Source: a bacterium (GTDB lineage Bacteria > Bacteroidota > Ignavibacteria > UBA10030). From it: a stretch of DNA of 39,050 nt. Under the pieces are notes generated by a model. That model searched no databases. It saw only the letters and a program-made list of their open reading frames with translations, and had not been told where the DNA came from. How positions within the stretch are numbered: the stretch's first letter is position 1; each line of letters starts with the position of its first letter. Position numbers and translations under genes: made by a program. The stretch lies in NCBI GenBank assembly GCA_043803945.1, contig JAZDJN010000007.1, positions 1 through 39,050 of the forward strand. The letters are read 5' to 3'. Of this stretch, positions 1 to 10,191 are shown in pieces.

Positions 1-1
1 G

Positions 2-628
2 TATCGACTTGAGAAATCTGCCACAGGCTCAAGCGCAATATTGCTTGTCGGGGGAGGAGGCCTGAAGGATGGAGAAGAAATAGGAGTGTGGACACAGGAG
101 AAGAGATTGGTGGGGAGTGGAATTGTGAGAGCAGGGAAAGCAGTGGTAGCAATCTGGGGAGATGATGAGATGACAGAGGAGGTGAAGGAGGGAGCGGTTG
201 AGGGGGAGGCGTTAACACTCACACTTTGGTCAGGCAAAGAGCGAACGTTGATAATTAGCACTCTCCAAAATGGATTGACAAGGGAGACTGAGAAGAAATC
301 ACTAGCCTATAAGAAAGATGGTGTCTGGATTGCAAACAATGAAGAGGTAGTTGGAGCAATACCGACGGAGTTTGCGCTGGAGCAAAACTATCCCAATCCA
401 TTCAATCCATCTACGGTGATCAGCTTCAGTCTTCCACAACCATCGAGAGCCCTATTAGAAGTGTTTGATGTTCTCGGTCGAAAGGTTATGACACTTATCA
501 ATAAGGAACAGCTACCTGGTGTCTATAAAGTGGAGTTTGTAACGGGAGAGTTATCAAGTGGCGTTTACTACTATCGTTTGGTGTGTCCAGCGTTTGCGCA
601 AACAAAAAAAATGCTAATTGTACGATAG
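2..628 (+). CDS. Secreted protein with T9SS/Por-type C-terminal sorting domain (5'-truncated by window edge)
   Basis: Frame is open from position 2. C-terminal FALEQNYPNPFNPST...G.YYYRL...KKMLIVR is the typical FCB-group secretion tail. Confidence 0.85.
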   Translation, partial: YRLEKSATGSSAILLVGGGGLKDGEEIGVWTQEKRLVGSGIVRAGKAVVAIWGDDEMTEEVKEGAVEGEALTLTLWSGKERTLIISTLQNGLTRETEKKSLAYKKDGVWIANNEEVVGAIPTEFALEQNYPNPFNPSTVISFSLPQPSRALLEVFDVLGRKVMTLINKEQLPGVYKVEFVTGELSSGVYYYRLVCPAFAQTKKMLIVR

Positions 629-708
629 TACTTCAGGAAAGACATAAATCAATTGTTGAGGAAGAAACGATGAGAGAACTTGGTACAATAGTACCAAACA
701 ACAAGTTA

Positions 709-2070
709 CTAACCTTTTGTGCTTTTTAAAGCCTCCAGTTCAGCAATTCGTTTTTCGTACTTCTCACGCTCGGCGGGTTTGGAATTACAAAGAGTCCTAT
801 ATGCTTTTATCGCATCATCATACCACCCCTGTTTAGCGTAAATTTCTGCCAACGTTGGAGTTACAAATCCCGTATCAGATCCGGTATCTGCCTCACTCAC
901 GGTCGGGGTTGACTTCTGCGAAAAGTCGATTACTGGTGTAAGCCTGGTGGGTGTCTTCAGTTTCGCGGCAAGATCTTCAATTTGGTTTGATGGGGGAGCA
1001 GATTGTTGCGGTACAGTAATATATTGGTCAAGCGGAATTGTATTTTCCGTCCCGAACATGTCGAGCCGAATGCGTGCCGCAAAATCCTCAAATGTTTCCT
1101 CGGCGGGCCGCTCCTGTACTAAAGCTGGTTCCGTCTCAAGCCCGAATGCAGCAAATGGATTATCATCATCGGCTGGCTGCTCGACGACTGCTTCCTGCTG
1201 CGTTTCCGATCCGAATTGCTGCAACTGACTGAAGGCATCCATAAAATCCGATGATTCAGGAGTTGCCGGGGATTCTTCAGCGAGAGCGGGCTCGGTTGAT
1301 GATGGATAAGATGGCTCTTCCGCCGCTCCACCACGGAGAGCCGCTAAGGGGTCAGTCTCATCATACAGTGGTGTGGTGGATTGAGGTGCTTCAAAGGCAT
1401 CGTACGATTGAGCGACCGGTTGTTCAGGTTCAGGCTCCAGCGTGACTTCGGATTGATACGTTGGTTCGGGTTCAATTGATGCTTCCGGTTGATACCCTGG
1501 CTCTGGTTCCAGTGTGACTTCCGCCTGATAGGCAGGTTCAGATTCAATTGTCACCTCAGCTTGATACTCGGGCTCCGGTTCATACAAAGGAATCTCGGCT
1601 GCTGGAAGTTCAACCGTGGGAATGATCTCAGGCTCTGGGCTTGGCTCTTGATACTGAGGCTCTTCGACAATGGTCGGTTGGGTATAGAATGGTGCATCGA
1701 CGGCAATCTCGGTCTCTTCGCTGGGAGCTTCGGCGATTTCCGCACTGGTGAATGAGGTTTCGAGAGAAGCTTCAAGCTCCCTGATGTACTTTCGTGCACT
1801 CTGGCTTGCAGGCAGAAGATCAAAGACGACTTCGAATTCTCTTCTTGCCTCAGCCTTCATATTCAAACTGAGGAGCACTTTCCCTTTGATGAGATGTGCT
1901 GTTGAATAGAAGGGGTGATGGGATATTCCGTCGTCGCAAAGACGTAGTGCGTCATCATAACGCCCGGCCTGGAGATAGTAGTCGGCGAGACGGGCAAAGA
2001 GTGGTGATTTCGGTTCCTCAGTGAGTCGCTTCTCTAACTTCCTGATGTGATCCTGCAGGAGATCAGCCAT
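709..2070 (-). CDS. Tetratricopeptide-repeat protein with long acidic Pro/Glu linker
   Basis: N-terminal TPRs (FARLADYYLQAG...), C-terminal VTPTLAEIYAKQG..AIKAY motif of the TPR gene found near lptE in FCB bacteria. Confidence 0.8.
   Translation of the reverse strand: MADLLQDHIRKLEKRLTEEPKSPLFARLADYYLQAGRYDDALRLCDDGISHHPFYSTAHLIKGKVLLSLNMKAEARREFEVVFDLLPASQSARKYIRELEASLETSFTSAEIAEAPSEETEIAVDAPFYTQPTIVEEPQYQEPSPEPEIIPTVELPAAEIPLYEPEPEYQAEVTIESEPAYQAEVTLEPEPGYQPEASIEPEPTYQSEVTLEPEPEQPVAQSYDAFEAPQSTTPLYDETDPLAALRGGAAEEPSYPSSTEPALAEESPATPESSDFMDAFSQLQQFGSETQQEAVVEQPADDDNPFAAFGLETEPALVQERPAEETFEDFAARIRLDMFGTENTIPLDQYITVPQQSAPPSNQIEDLAAKLKTPTRLTPVIDFSQKSTPTVSEADTGSDTGFVTPTLAEIYAKQGWYDDAIKAYRTLCNSKPAEREKYEKRIAELEALKSTKG
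1420..1581 (-). repeat. Intragenic ~36-nt (12-aa) tandem repeat, ~4.5 copies
   Basis: EPEPEYQAEVTI / ESEPAYQAEVTL / EPEPGYQPEASI / EPEPTYQSEVTL / EPEPEQ; boundaries approximate. Confidence 0.75.
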
Positions 2071-2081
2071 TCCTTAACTCA

Positions 2082-3599
2082 TTATTGTTGTTGGAGTCTG
2101 CGTGCATGAAAGGCATGCTTGACAGAAAGCGCAGAGACGAACGTAAATCCTAAAAAGTATAACAGGTGAAAAGGCAACGCCGCAATTTCCAGGTAATATA
2201 ATGAAGAAATTACGCCGAAGAAGCAATAAAAAGCAAGAAGAATTTCAACGCCGACTACCCAATTCAGTTTTAAAGGCATATATTTTTTCATTTTCCAGGA
2301 ATCGTTCTTTCCTTCAATCCGATATTTCGGTGTCCGGACAAATTCGCTTTTTTTCTTGAGAAGTCCTTCAAGAACAGCCTTGGAATTATTCACTGCGAAT
2401 CCCATGCTCCCCGCCATAAACAATGGGAAAAGCAACAGCTTTCGCCGCCAGTCAGGGTAAACAGCTTTTTGGGAGAAGAGATAAAAGAGAAACGATCCGA
2501 TGAATGCTATGACGAAGATCGACATCATCGCGAAATATGCCTCATGGCCTCCTGCCTGTTTGATATAAATGAGGGGGACATTCAGAATGCCCGCTAAGAG
2601 AATAAAGGGAAATACAATATTGTTCGTTAGATGGAATGTTGAGTGTATCTTGATGCGGAGAGGAATATCTGATCGCCATACCGCTGGAAGCATTTTACGG
2701 GCAGTCTCGATCGCTCCTTTGGTCCATCGGAATTGCTGAGACTTTAAAGCATTGACCTCTGCGGGTAACTCTGCGGGGGAGGTAAAATCGCAAAGGTACT
2801 TGAATTTCCACCCGCGAAGCTGTGCCCGGTAACTCAAATCGAGATCTTCCGTGAGTGTATCGGATTGCCAGTTGCCCGCATCGAGGATCGTTTCTTTGCG
2901 CCAGATTCCTCCCGTTCCATTGAAGTTGATAAAGAATCCAGCTTTGTTGCGCACATCCTGCTCAATGACGAAGTGTCCATCGAGGGCCATTGCCTGTGTG
3001 CGGGTCAGAAGAGAGTAATCACTGTTCAAATGCTCCCATCGTGTCTGAACCAAGCCAATCTTGCTGTCCTGAAAGAAGTACGGCAGTGTCTTCATCAGAA
3101 AATCCGGACGGGGGACAAAGTCGGCATCAAAAATTGCGATGAACTCTCCACGCGCCGTCTCAAGACCGTTCTTCAATGCCCCTGCTTTGAATCCAGACCG
3201 ATTGGTCCTGTGAATGTGCTTAATGTCGATACCGAGTTGCCGGTATTTTTCGACTGCCGCTGCCGCCACTCCTACAGATTCATCGGTCGAATCATCGAGT
3301 ACCTGAATTTCCAACTTCTCTTTCGGATACTGGATGGCGCAGACAGATTCAATCAGACGATCAATGACATAGAATTCATTGAACATCGGCAATTGAATCG
3401 TGACGACCGGTTCCTCTGTCATGGGTGGAGTGCCGGGGGTGCTCTCTTTCTGCTTCAAGTAGTGATACACCATGACAAATCCATGTGCACCGAATGAGAA
3501 AAGGATAAGGAGGGAAAAGAAATAGAGATAGAGAACAGCGTCAGTAACCTGAGCGTTCTGAAAGATCTCTTGACGGAAAAGCATTGCTGCAAGTGTCAT
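2082..3599 (-). CDS. Cellulose synthase-like GT2 glycosyltransferase
   Basis: DDSTD, FKAGAL, FDADF, TEDLD and QQFRW (QxxRW) motifs with flanking TM helices; start placed at ATG 3599 to avoid overlap with lptE. Confidence 0.9.
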   Translation of the reverse strand: MTLAAMLFRQEIFQNAQVTDAVLYLYFFSLLILFSFGAHGFVMVYHYLKQKESTPGTPPMTEEPVVTIQLPMFNEFYVIDRLIESVCAIQYPKEKLEIQVLDDSTDESVGVAAAAVEKYRQLGIDIKHIHRTNRSGFKAGALKNGLETARGEFIAIFDADFVPRPDFLMKTLPYFFQDSKIGLVQTRWEHLNSDYSLLTRTQAMALDGHFVIEQDVRNKAGFFINFNGTGGIWRKETILDAGNWQSDTLTEDLDLSYRAQLRGWKFKYLCDFTSPAELPAEVNALKSQQFRWTKGAIETARKMLPAVWRSDIPLRIKIHSTFHLTNNIVFPFILLAGILNVPLIYIKQAGGHEAYFAMMSIFVIAFIGSFLFYLFSQKAVYPDWRRKLLLFPLFMAGSMGFAVNNSKAVLEGLLKKKSEFVRTPKYRIEGKNDSWKMKKYMPLKLNWVVGVEILLAFYCFFGVISSLYYLEIAALPFHLLYFLGFTFVSALSVKHAFHARRLQQQ

Positions 3600-3607
3600 G
3601 ATGTTGT

Positions 3608-4171
3608 TTACCATCCTGCTACTGTTTCGTTAAGAATATCCTCTGATAATTTTTTTATCGCTTCGTTCAAACCTCCATTGCGCTGGGTTAAACCGCCACC
3701 GGACGTGTAGTCTCCCCATTGGGAAAAATCTTTTTCCCACATTTTTTTTCGGAGTTTTACATCCTGCATCGTCATATGGACCGTTATTGAAATCCGTCGT
3801 TTTCGGACCTGCTGACTGCCTTCGATAACAAGTGGCGCATCATTTACCGCGGTAATGACACCCTCCAGCACGGCGTCTGCCGAATTGCGTTCCGCTGGCT
3901 GCAATGTGTTGTCGCTGATGAATCGTTGAGCAAGCTGCCGTGAAAAAAGCTCACGCAGCGTCGGGTCGCCAAATCCACTTCGATCCTCCAGTTGCGGGAT
4001 GGCTATCGATTTCAAATGTGGAGGAACGGATGCACCGGTGAACGAATAAGCACACCCGCTCAGGCCAACCCAGCAAACCAAGGAGACGAACCCGCACAAT
4101 AAAAGAAACACCCAACGCTCTCTCTGGAGGGTGAGCACTGCTCGTTGTGTTGTGAGGCCTTGCAGGTTCAT
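3608..4171 (-). CDS. lptE: LptE-family LPS assembly lipoprotein
   Basis: Lipobox LSGC followed by YSFTGAS.P.HLKSIAI, C-terminal ..W; position downstream of the sigma54 regulator. Confidence 0.8.
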   Translation of the reverse strand: MNLQGLTTQRAVLTLQRERWVFLLLCGFVSLVCWVGLSGCAYSFTGASVPPHLKSIAIPQLEDRSGFGDPTLRELFSRQLAQRFISDNTLQPAERNSADAVLEGVITAVNDAPLVIEGSQQVRKRRISITVHMTMQDVKLRKKMWEKDFSQWGDYTSGGGLTQRNGGLNEAIKKLSEDILNETVAGW

Positions 4172-5290
4172 TCAATCCAATCCGTACTCTTTTATTTTTC
4201 GATACAACGTGCGTTCGCTGATATTTAACTCCCGTGCTGCAAGCCGGCGGTTTCCCTTGTTCCGGTCGAGTGAAGTCGTGATCAGCCGGCGTTCCATCTC
4301 GGCAAGTGTGTGCGATCCGTTCCCTTTGATCTGGTCAAAGTCATGAATATTGAAATGCTCCGGGAGAATTACCTTTTGACTCAGAGCTTGCCTGAGTTCG
4401 AGGATTTCGCTCTTCAGGTCGATGAGCGCACGATAGATCAGCTCACGCTCGGCCTGTTCAACGCTTTTATTGACTACCATAGGAAGGTTGCGATCGTTCG
4501 CGGGAGCGTATCGATCTTTCAGTTGTCTTCGGATATCCTCTCCATTGACCCGTTTGCCATTGTGAAGCACAAGCATGCTCTCCACCACATTGCGTAATTC
4601 ACGCACGTTGCCCGGCCAATGGTACGACATCAGGATTTCGGTCGCATCATCGGTGAAACCTTCGAATTGAACTGCATTCTTAGCACTGTACTCGTGAACG
4701 ATATGGTCGATGAGCAGCGGAATGTCTTCTTTCCGATTTCGCAACGGTGGAATAACAATGTTTACAGTGCGCAGCCGGAAAAACAAATCGGGGCGAAAAC
4801 GTTTCTGTTGAGTCTCGTACTGTAAATCTTTATTGGTTGCGGCGATAACCCGGACATCGGCGGTTCGTGTTGTAGAAGAACCGACTCGCTTATACTCACC
4901 ATTTTCGAGTACCCGTAATAATTTTACCTGCGTGGCGAGAGGCATCTCACCAATTTCATCAAGGAAGATGGTTCCGCCAGCGGCAATTTCAAAATACCCT
5001 TTTCGGGTCTCTGAAGCGCTGGTAAACGATCCCCGTTCATGGCCGAATAATTCGCTTTCTATCAAGCCTTCGGGAATTGCACCGCAGTTGACAGAGACGA
5101 GTTGATTCTTCGCACGTTTACTGGCCGCATGCAATGCCTGGGCAAAGACTTCTTTACCGACGCCGCTCTCTCCACTAATCAGCACGGTAATATTTGTCGG
5201 CGCAACCTGCTGTACGATAGCAATAATCTCCTGGATTTCAGGTGATTGCCCGATAATGGTATGTTCGTGCTGGAATTGTTTGCGGTCCAT
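4172..5290 (-). CDS. Sigma54-interacting Fis-family transcriptional regulator
   Basis: Walker A GESGVGKE, ESELFGHE, FLDEIGEM, WPGNVREL, C-terminal HTH ELNISERTLYRK. Confidence 0.93.
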   Translation of the reverse strand: MDRKQFQHEHTIIGQSPEIQEIIAIVQQVAPTNITVLISGESGVGKEVFAQALHAASKRAKNQLVSVNCGAIPEGLIESELFGHERGSFTSASETRKGYFEIAAGGTIFLDEIGEMPLATQVKLLRVLENGEYKRVGSSTTRTADVRVIAATNKDLQYETQQKRFRPDLFFRLRTVNIVIPPLRNRKEDIPLLIDHIVHEYSAKNAVQFEGFTDDATEILMSYHWPGNVRELRNVVESMLVLHNGKRVNGEDIRRQLKDRYAPANDRNLPMVVNKSVEQAERELIYRALIDLKSEILELRQALSQKVILPEHFNIHDFDQIKGNGSHTLAEMERRLITTSLDRNKGNRRLAARELNISERTLYRKIKEYGLD

Positions 5291-5304
5291 CGTTCAGTAC
5301 TCTG

Positions 5305-6141
5305 CTAGCGGGAAACAACAATTGCATTAATCTTGAATTTCTTTTTGAACTGTTCGCTGAATTTCTTCGCTTCATCCTGTGTCCGGAATTCACCTACCCA
5401 GACTTTATAAAACTTCCGGCCATTGTTCATCAACGTGAAAATGGTCGTTGAATATTTTTCTTTTTCGAACCGTGCCTTGAGTTCCTCGGCATTTTGAAAA
5501 ACTGAAAACGTTCCTGCCTGCACTGTAAATGAGGTTGAAAAGCTCTCCGTCTTGGCAGGTTTCTGTGTCTCTTTTGCTGTTTTAGATGATGGTGTCAGCG
5601 GCTTTTTTCCTTTGGCATTCTTGGCTGCTGGCTGTACGGCAGGTTTCTTCGTTTCCCTGGCAGGTTCTTCAACTTTTTTTGGCTCTTTGGCGTTTTGTTT
5701 TGGTGTTTCTTTAGGCTCTTCTGCTACCTGCTGGTCGGAGGCATATGAGGAATACGGAAAGTTACGTCGGAGCTGCTCCAGCTTCTGATCGGCAGTTTTA
5801 TACAGGCCAATCGAGTAGTAGTATTGATAGAGTTTGAATAAAGCATCATCGGTCCACTCGCTCCCAGGAAAATTATCCACAATGCTCTGATATATTTTGA
5901 CAGCTTCAACACCATCGGTTGTTAGCAGCGCTTGCAGATACATGATCCCGGGATGGTTCTGAAAATTTGTGAGCAGTGTTGGAAGTTCAGCTTTTACAGC
6001 TTCACCCTGGCCTTTTTCAATCAACTCCAATCTCTTTTGAATGTCCGGTTGACCGGCACTTGTTGTTTGCGCCGGAGCGGCAAAGAAACATGCTGTCAGA
6101 AGGAAGCACTGAAGAAGAACGAGAGATCGAAATGTTTTCAT
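5305..6141 (-). CDS. SPOR-domain protein with signal peptide and TPR-like region
   Basis: Signal peptide, helical region, K/P-rich linker, C-terminal FTVQAGTFS...NAEEL...YKVWVGEF (SPOR). Confidence 0.85.
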   Translation of the reverse strand: MKTFRSLVLLQCFLLTACFFAAPAQTTSAGQPDIQKRLELIEKGQGEAVKAELPTLLTNFQNHPGIMYLQALLTTDGVEAVKIYQSIVDNFPGSEWTDDALFKLYQYYYSIGLYKTADQKLEQLRRNFPYSSYASDQQVAEEPKETPKQNAKEPKKVEEPARETKKPAVQPAAKNAKGKKPLTPSSKTAKETQKPAKTESFSTSFTVQAGTFSVFQNAEELKARFEKEKYSTTIFTLMNNGRKFYKVWVGEFRTQDEAKKFSEQFKKKFKINAIVVSR

Positions 6142-6176
6142 AGGTAGATGACCTGTGTGAAATCGGATAAAAGTGA

Positions 6177-7517
6177 TTAACCGTTTGCGACGAGCTTCTG
6201 TTCGTCCTGTTGCGCGTGAGAGACGATTGTTCCAAACAGCGTCGCAGAGTTGGCTCGGGAAATCTGAATATTGACATACTCTCCCGGTGTTGTTTGTTCC
6301 TTGGCGAAGACAACCATTCTGTCGGTATCGGTACGGCCGCTGAATTCTTCGCTCGACTTTTTACTCTCACCTTCGACAAGTACTTCAACGATCTGGCCGA
6401 TGAGTTCCTGATTCTTGATTAATGAAATCTCCCGCTGAAGTTCGATAATTTCATTTAGTCGCTGGTTTTTTATTTCCTCAGGGATGTCATTCTCCATGTG
6501 CCATGCCTTGGTATTTTCACGAGGAGAATATTTGAACGTGTATGCACCGTCGAATTGGACTTCTCGCATGACATCGAGAGTCCACTGATGATCCTCTGCA
6601 GATTCAGTCGGGAATCCTGCAATGATATCGGTTGAGAGGCTCACTCCCGGAATCAGAGTTTTGATGTTCCGGACAAGCGTGAGATAATGCTGTCGATCAT
6701 AATTCCGGTTCATCAAGTGCAGAATGCGATCGGAGCCAGATTGCATGGGGAGGTGGATGTAGTTGCAGATGTTGCTGTTCTCCGCGATGGTCTTGATGAG
6801 TTTTTCCGACATATCCTGCGGGTGCGATGTAGTGAATCGGATTCGCATTGAATGATCGACAGCGGCAACAATGCGCAACAGGTCGGCAAAATCGTGCTGG
6901 CCATCGTGATACGAGTTCACATTCTGCCCAAGGAGTGAAACTTCTTTAAATCCCCGTGCTGACAATTGTTCAACTTCTTTGAGGATGCTCGAATAACTTC
7001 GGCTTCGTTCCCTTCCGCGAGTAAATGGGACAACACAAAATGAACAAAACTTATCGCACCCGCGCATCACAGAGATCCAGGCTGCAATCCCATCGGTGCG
7101 CAGGGGAAGGATATCGTCATAATTCTCAACACGAGAGAGGCGGACGGCAATGCCTTTTTCACCTGTCATGGCATTTTCGATAAGTTCAGGGAGCCTTCGG
7201 TATTCGTCGGGGCCCACAACAAGATCGACATGGCTCTCGGATTGCATAAGGTCTTTCCGAAGGCGTTCCGCCATACAGCCGAGGACGCCAATCACCATTC
7301 CGGGATTCTGGTGTTTGTAATATTTAAAATCTCCCAAACGCCCATACACCCGCACTTCGGCATTCTCACGTACTGCACAAGTATTAACCAAGACAACATC
7401 CGCTCGTGCGAGATTATCAGTTTTGCCAAATCCTGCCTGGCTGAGAATGCTCAACACAACCTCACTATCTGCAAGATTCATCTGACAGCCATAGGTCTCT
7501 AGATAGACATTTAGCAC
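6177..7517 (-). CDS. miaB: tRNA-2-methylthio-N6-isopentenyladenosine synthase MiaB
   Basis: TYGCQMN, NTCAVRE, radical-SAM CDKFCSFC, LLGQNVNSY, C-terminal TRAM domain. Confidence 0.96.
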   Translation of the reverse strand: MLNVYLETYGCQMNLADSEVVLSILSQAGFGKTDNLARADVVLVNTCAVRENAEVRVYGRLGDFKYYKHQNPGMVIGVLGCMAERLRKDLMQSESHVDLVVGPDEYRRLPELIENAMTGEKGIAVRLSRVENYDDILPLRTDGIAAWISVMRGCDKFCSFCVVPFTRGRERSRSYSSILKEVEQLSARGFKEVSLLGQNVNSYHDGQHDFADLLRIVAAVDHSMRIRFTTSHPQDMSEKLIKTIAENSNICNYIHLPMQSGSDRILHLMNRNYDRQHYLTLVRNIKTLIPGVSLSTDIIAGFPTESAEDHQWTLDVMREVQFDGAYTFKYSPRENTKAWHMENDIPEEIKNQRLNEIIELQREISLIKNQELIGQIVEVLVEGESKKSSEEFSGRTDTDRMVVFAKEQTTPGEYVNIQISRANSATLFGTIVSHAQQDEQKLVANG

Positions 7518-7835
7518 TGTTTTGCCTGCATCCTCATTTTTTTGTGACCGAATATAGTGAAATTATGACAGGCTGTCAACGAAAGGAGTGGCCATTAAAA
7601 CCTTTTAATACTTGGTATTTTGTTGGGATTTTCTCCTTATCCGCTGGTTCGTTTGTCAAATAGTCAGTATACTCAATTCGAAAAAATAATTGACTGGGCG
7701 TTGAACGCTTGGTATATTTGAATTGGCTTGGAATACTCTCCATCGGGTCTGGAAAATATTGTGAGGGTGAATGTGAGTTATACTCCGCCAAGACCGATAC
7801 CTTTATACTTTTGACCAATCAAGGGGAACATACCT

Positions 7836-8816
7836 ATGGCAACAATAATCGATTCAATTAAAGAAAAGAGCCGGCGGTTGAAGAAGCACATTGTTCTACC
7901 GGATGCTATGGATGAACGGGCAATCGCTGCGGCAAGAATTTGCACAGATGAACAATTGGCGGTCATTTCACTGATCGGCAATGAGCAGGAGATTCGGGCA
8001 AAAGCACAGCAGCTCGGTGTCAACCTTAATAACGTAAACGTTGTCGATCCCTCCCAATCGCCGATGCTGGATGATTTCATCAATACCTACTATGAGCTTA
8101 GAAAATCGAAAGGCATGAAACCGGAAGAGGCCGATCAGATCATGCGGAAACCGATGTTCTTCGGAGCCATGATGGTTCGCAAAGGCCTGGCCGATGGCAG
8201 TGTTGCTGGTTCAATTTCTACCACTGCGGATGTACTGCGGGCTGGAATTCAAGTAATTGGGGTTGCCGAGGGGATCAGTATCGTTTCCAGTTTTTTCCTC
8301 ATGGTCTTTCCCTCCAAGGTATATACATTTGCAGATTGTGCGGTCGTGCCTGATCCGACCGATGTCCAACTGGCAGATATTGCTATTGCATCAGCAGAGA
8401 ATCATCGGAAGTTAATTGGTGAAGAACCAAGGGTTGCTATGCTATCCTTCTCGACAAAGGGAAGTGCTGAGCATCCTTTGGTTGAAAAGGTACAGAGAGC
8501 GACAGCGATCATCAAACAGAAAAGGCCAACACTCTCCGTCGACGGCGAGATGCAGCTCGATGCAGCGATTGTCCCGTCAATTGGTGAACGGAAATCTCCT
8601 GGAAGCCCGGTTGCCGGCAAAGCAAACGTACTGGTGTTTCCTGACTTGAATGCCGGCAATATCGGTTATAAACTTGCACAAAGGATGGGTGGAGCTGAAG
8701 CGATCGGTCCTGTGGTTCAGGGATTAAAAAAACCATCCTTCGATCTTTCCCGGGGATGCAGTGTTGAGGATATTGTCAGTGTCGTGGCCATAAACGCGGT
8801 TGTGGGCGCTGTGTGA
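7836..8816 (+). CDS. pta: Phosphate acetyltransferase
   Basis: [47 protein letters not shown] motifs. Confidence 0.96.
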   Translation: MATIIDSIKEKSRRLKKHIVLPDAMDERAIAAARICTDEQLAVISLIGNEQEIRAKAQQLGVNLNNVNVVDPSQSPMLDDFINTYYELRKSKGMKPEEADQIMRKPMFFGAMMVRKGLADGSVAGSISTTADVLRAGIQVIGVAEGISIVSSFFLMVFPSKVYTFADCAVVPDPTDVQLADIAIASAENHRKLIGEEPRVAMLSFSTKGSAEHPLVEKVQRATAIIKQKRPTLSVDGEMQLDAAIVPSIGERKSPGSPVAGKANVLVFPDLNAGNIGYKLAQRMGGAEAIGPVVQGLKKPSFDLSRGCSVEDIVSVVAINAVVGAV

Positions 8817-9979
8817 CCAAGCCGCAACGATACAGATTCCTCGATCTCTATCGAGGCCTTATCGTTCTCCTGATGCTTGAAGGACATGTGCTGCGCGCCC
8901 TCCTCACACTGGACGCGCAGCGGGGTCCGCTGTTTACTCTCCACGAACTTCTCCATGGTCTTATAGGACCTGGATTCCTGTTTGGGGCCGGTTTTTCTTT
9001 TGCGATTGGCACACAACGACGACTCGAAGCTCTCACTTCTGTTACACCCATGTTTTTCCGGCGTCTGTGGCGTGCTTTGTTTATTTTCTTCCTCGGATAC
9101 GCTATTCATATTCCTTACCTCTCGCTCGCAAAAACCATCTTGCATGGTACTCCTCAACAATTCGACGTACTCTTCGCTTTTGATATCCTGCAATGTATTG
9201 GTATCACCTTGCTTGGGCTTCGAATAATCCTTCTCTTTTTAAAAAAAGAAACTTGGTTCATACACAGCCTTTTTATGCTGCTCCTACTTATCGTTTATGC
9301 AACACCGCTGGTCTGGACGAAAGAAATTGAGTTACTGCTGCCGCGTTTTTTGGTCGGAGCGGTGAGCGGGCACCAGGGGGCGTTTTTTCCTCTCTTCCCC
9401 AGCGCGGCATTTTTGCTGGCAGGAGTTATTGTTGCCTGGCTGTTCCTGAGAAAAGCCCAAGAAGGTACTGAGCACCGGTTTCTCCAGCAATTGTTGATTG
9501 TTGGTATTATTCTCATTGGCGGCGGTTACCTTGTCGATGCTCTGCCGGTGAACAGTTACCCCGCCTATAACTTTTGGTACACCAGCCCTAATTATTTCTG
9601 GATGCGATTGGGGGGACTCTTCCTGTTGTTGACGAGTCTGTGGTTCTTTGAAAGTTATGTTACACACAGAGATCGCCATGACATCTGGATGCCGATGTGG
9701 TTAATTCTTCTCGGTGTCGAATCGTTCGTTGTCTATATTGCTCACCTGGTCATACTCTATGGTTGGGTGATCAACGGTCAATGTTCTATGTCGTTTTGGT
9801 GGGGTTGGAAGCTGAATATCTGGGAGTCGATCCTCGCCTGGGTTGCCCTCACTTTGCTCATGGCGTTTCTAGCGACCGGATGGCAGTACCTGAAAAAGAA
9901 TCACCCTGTGGTAATGCAGGGTATCTATTGGTATCTCAATATTCTCTTTCTCTATTATTTTCTGACCAGTATGTATTAG
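8813..9979 (+). CDS. DUF1624 / heparan-alpha-glucosaminide N-acetyltransferase-like membrane protein
   Basis: [38 protein letters not shown]; multi-TM; GTG start overlaps the pta stop. Confidence 0.75.
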   Translation: MTKPQRYRFLDLYRGLIVLLMLEGHVLRALLTLDAQRGPLFTLHELLHGLIGPGFLFGAGFSFAIGTQRRLEALTSVTPMFFRRLWRALFIFFLGYAIHIPYLSLAKTILHGTPQQFDVLFAFDILQCIGITLLGLRIILLFLKKETWFIHSLFMLLLLIVYATPLVWTKEIELLLPRFLVGAVSGHQGAFFPLFPSAAFLLAGVIVAWLFLRKAQEGTEHRFLQQLLIVGIILIGGGYLVDALPVNSYPAYNFWYTSPNYFWMRLGGLFLLLTSLWFFESYVTHRDRHDIWMPMWLILLGVESFVVYIAHLVILYGWVINGQCSMSFWWGWKLNIWESILAWVALTLLMAFLATGWQYLKKNHPVVMQGIYWYLNILFLYYFLTSMY

Positions 9980-10043
9980 GTGCAATTGAGCTAGTGACGC
10001 TCCCCAAAAGAAATCCTGTGTATTGAAAACGACCTTCAAACTG

Positions 10044-10131
10044 GGAGCGAGCACTAGTGCTCGTTTCCACAATGGGTTTCACGAGTAAGCACAAGATCAT
10101 TTAGTGGAAACGGCACTAGAGTTGCAACTCC
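10044..10131. repeat. Intergenic REP-like inverted doublet
   Basis: GGAGCGAGCACTAGTGCTCGTTTCCAC ... GTGGAAACGGCACTAGAGTTGCAACTCC; the first unit is internally palindromic and the two units are imperfect inverted copies. Confidence 0.6.
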
Positions 10132-10191
10132 TTCATCTTTTCAGTATCATCGCTCAACAATGACAACAATTCCTTCAACCGTCGATACGCT

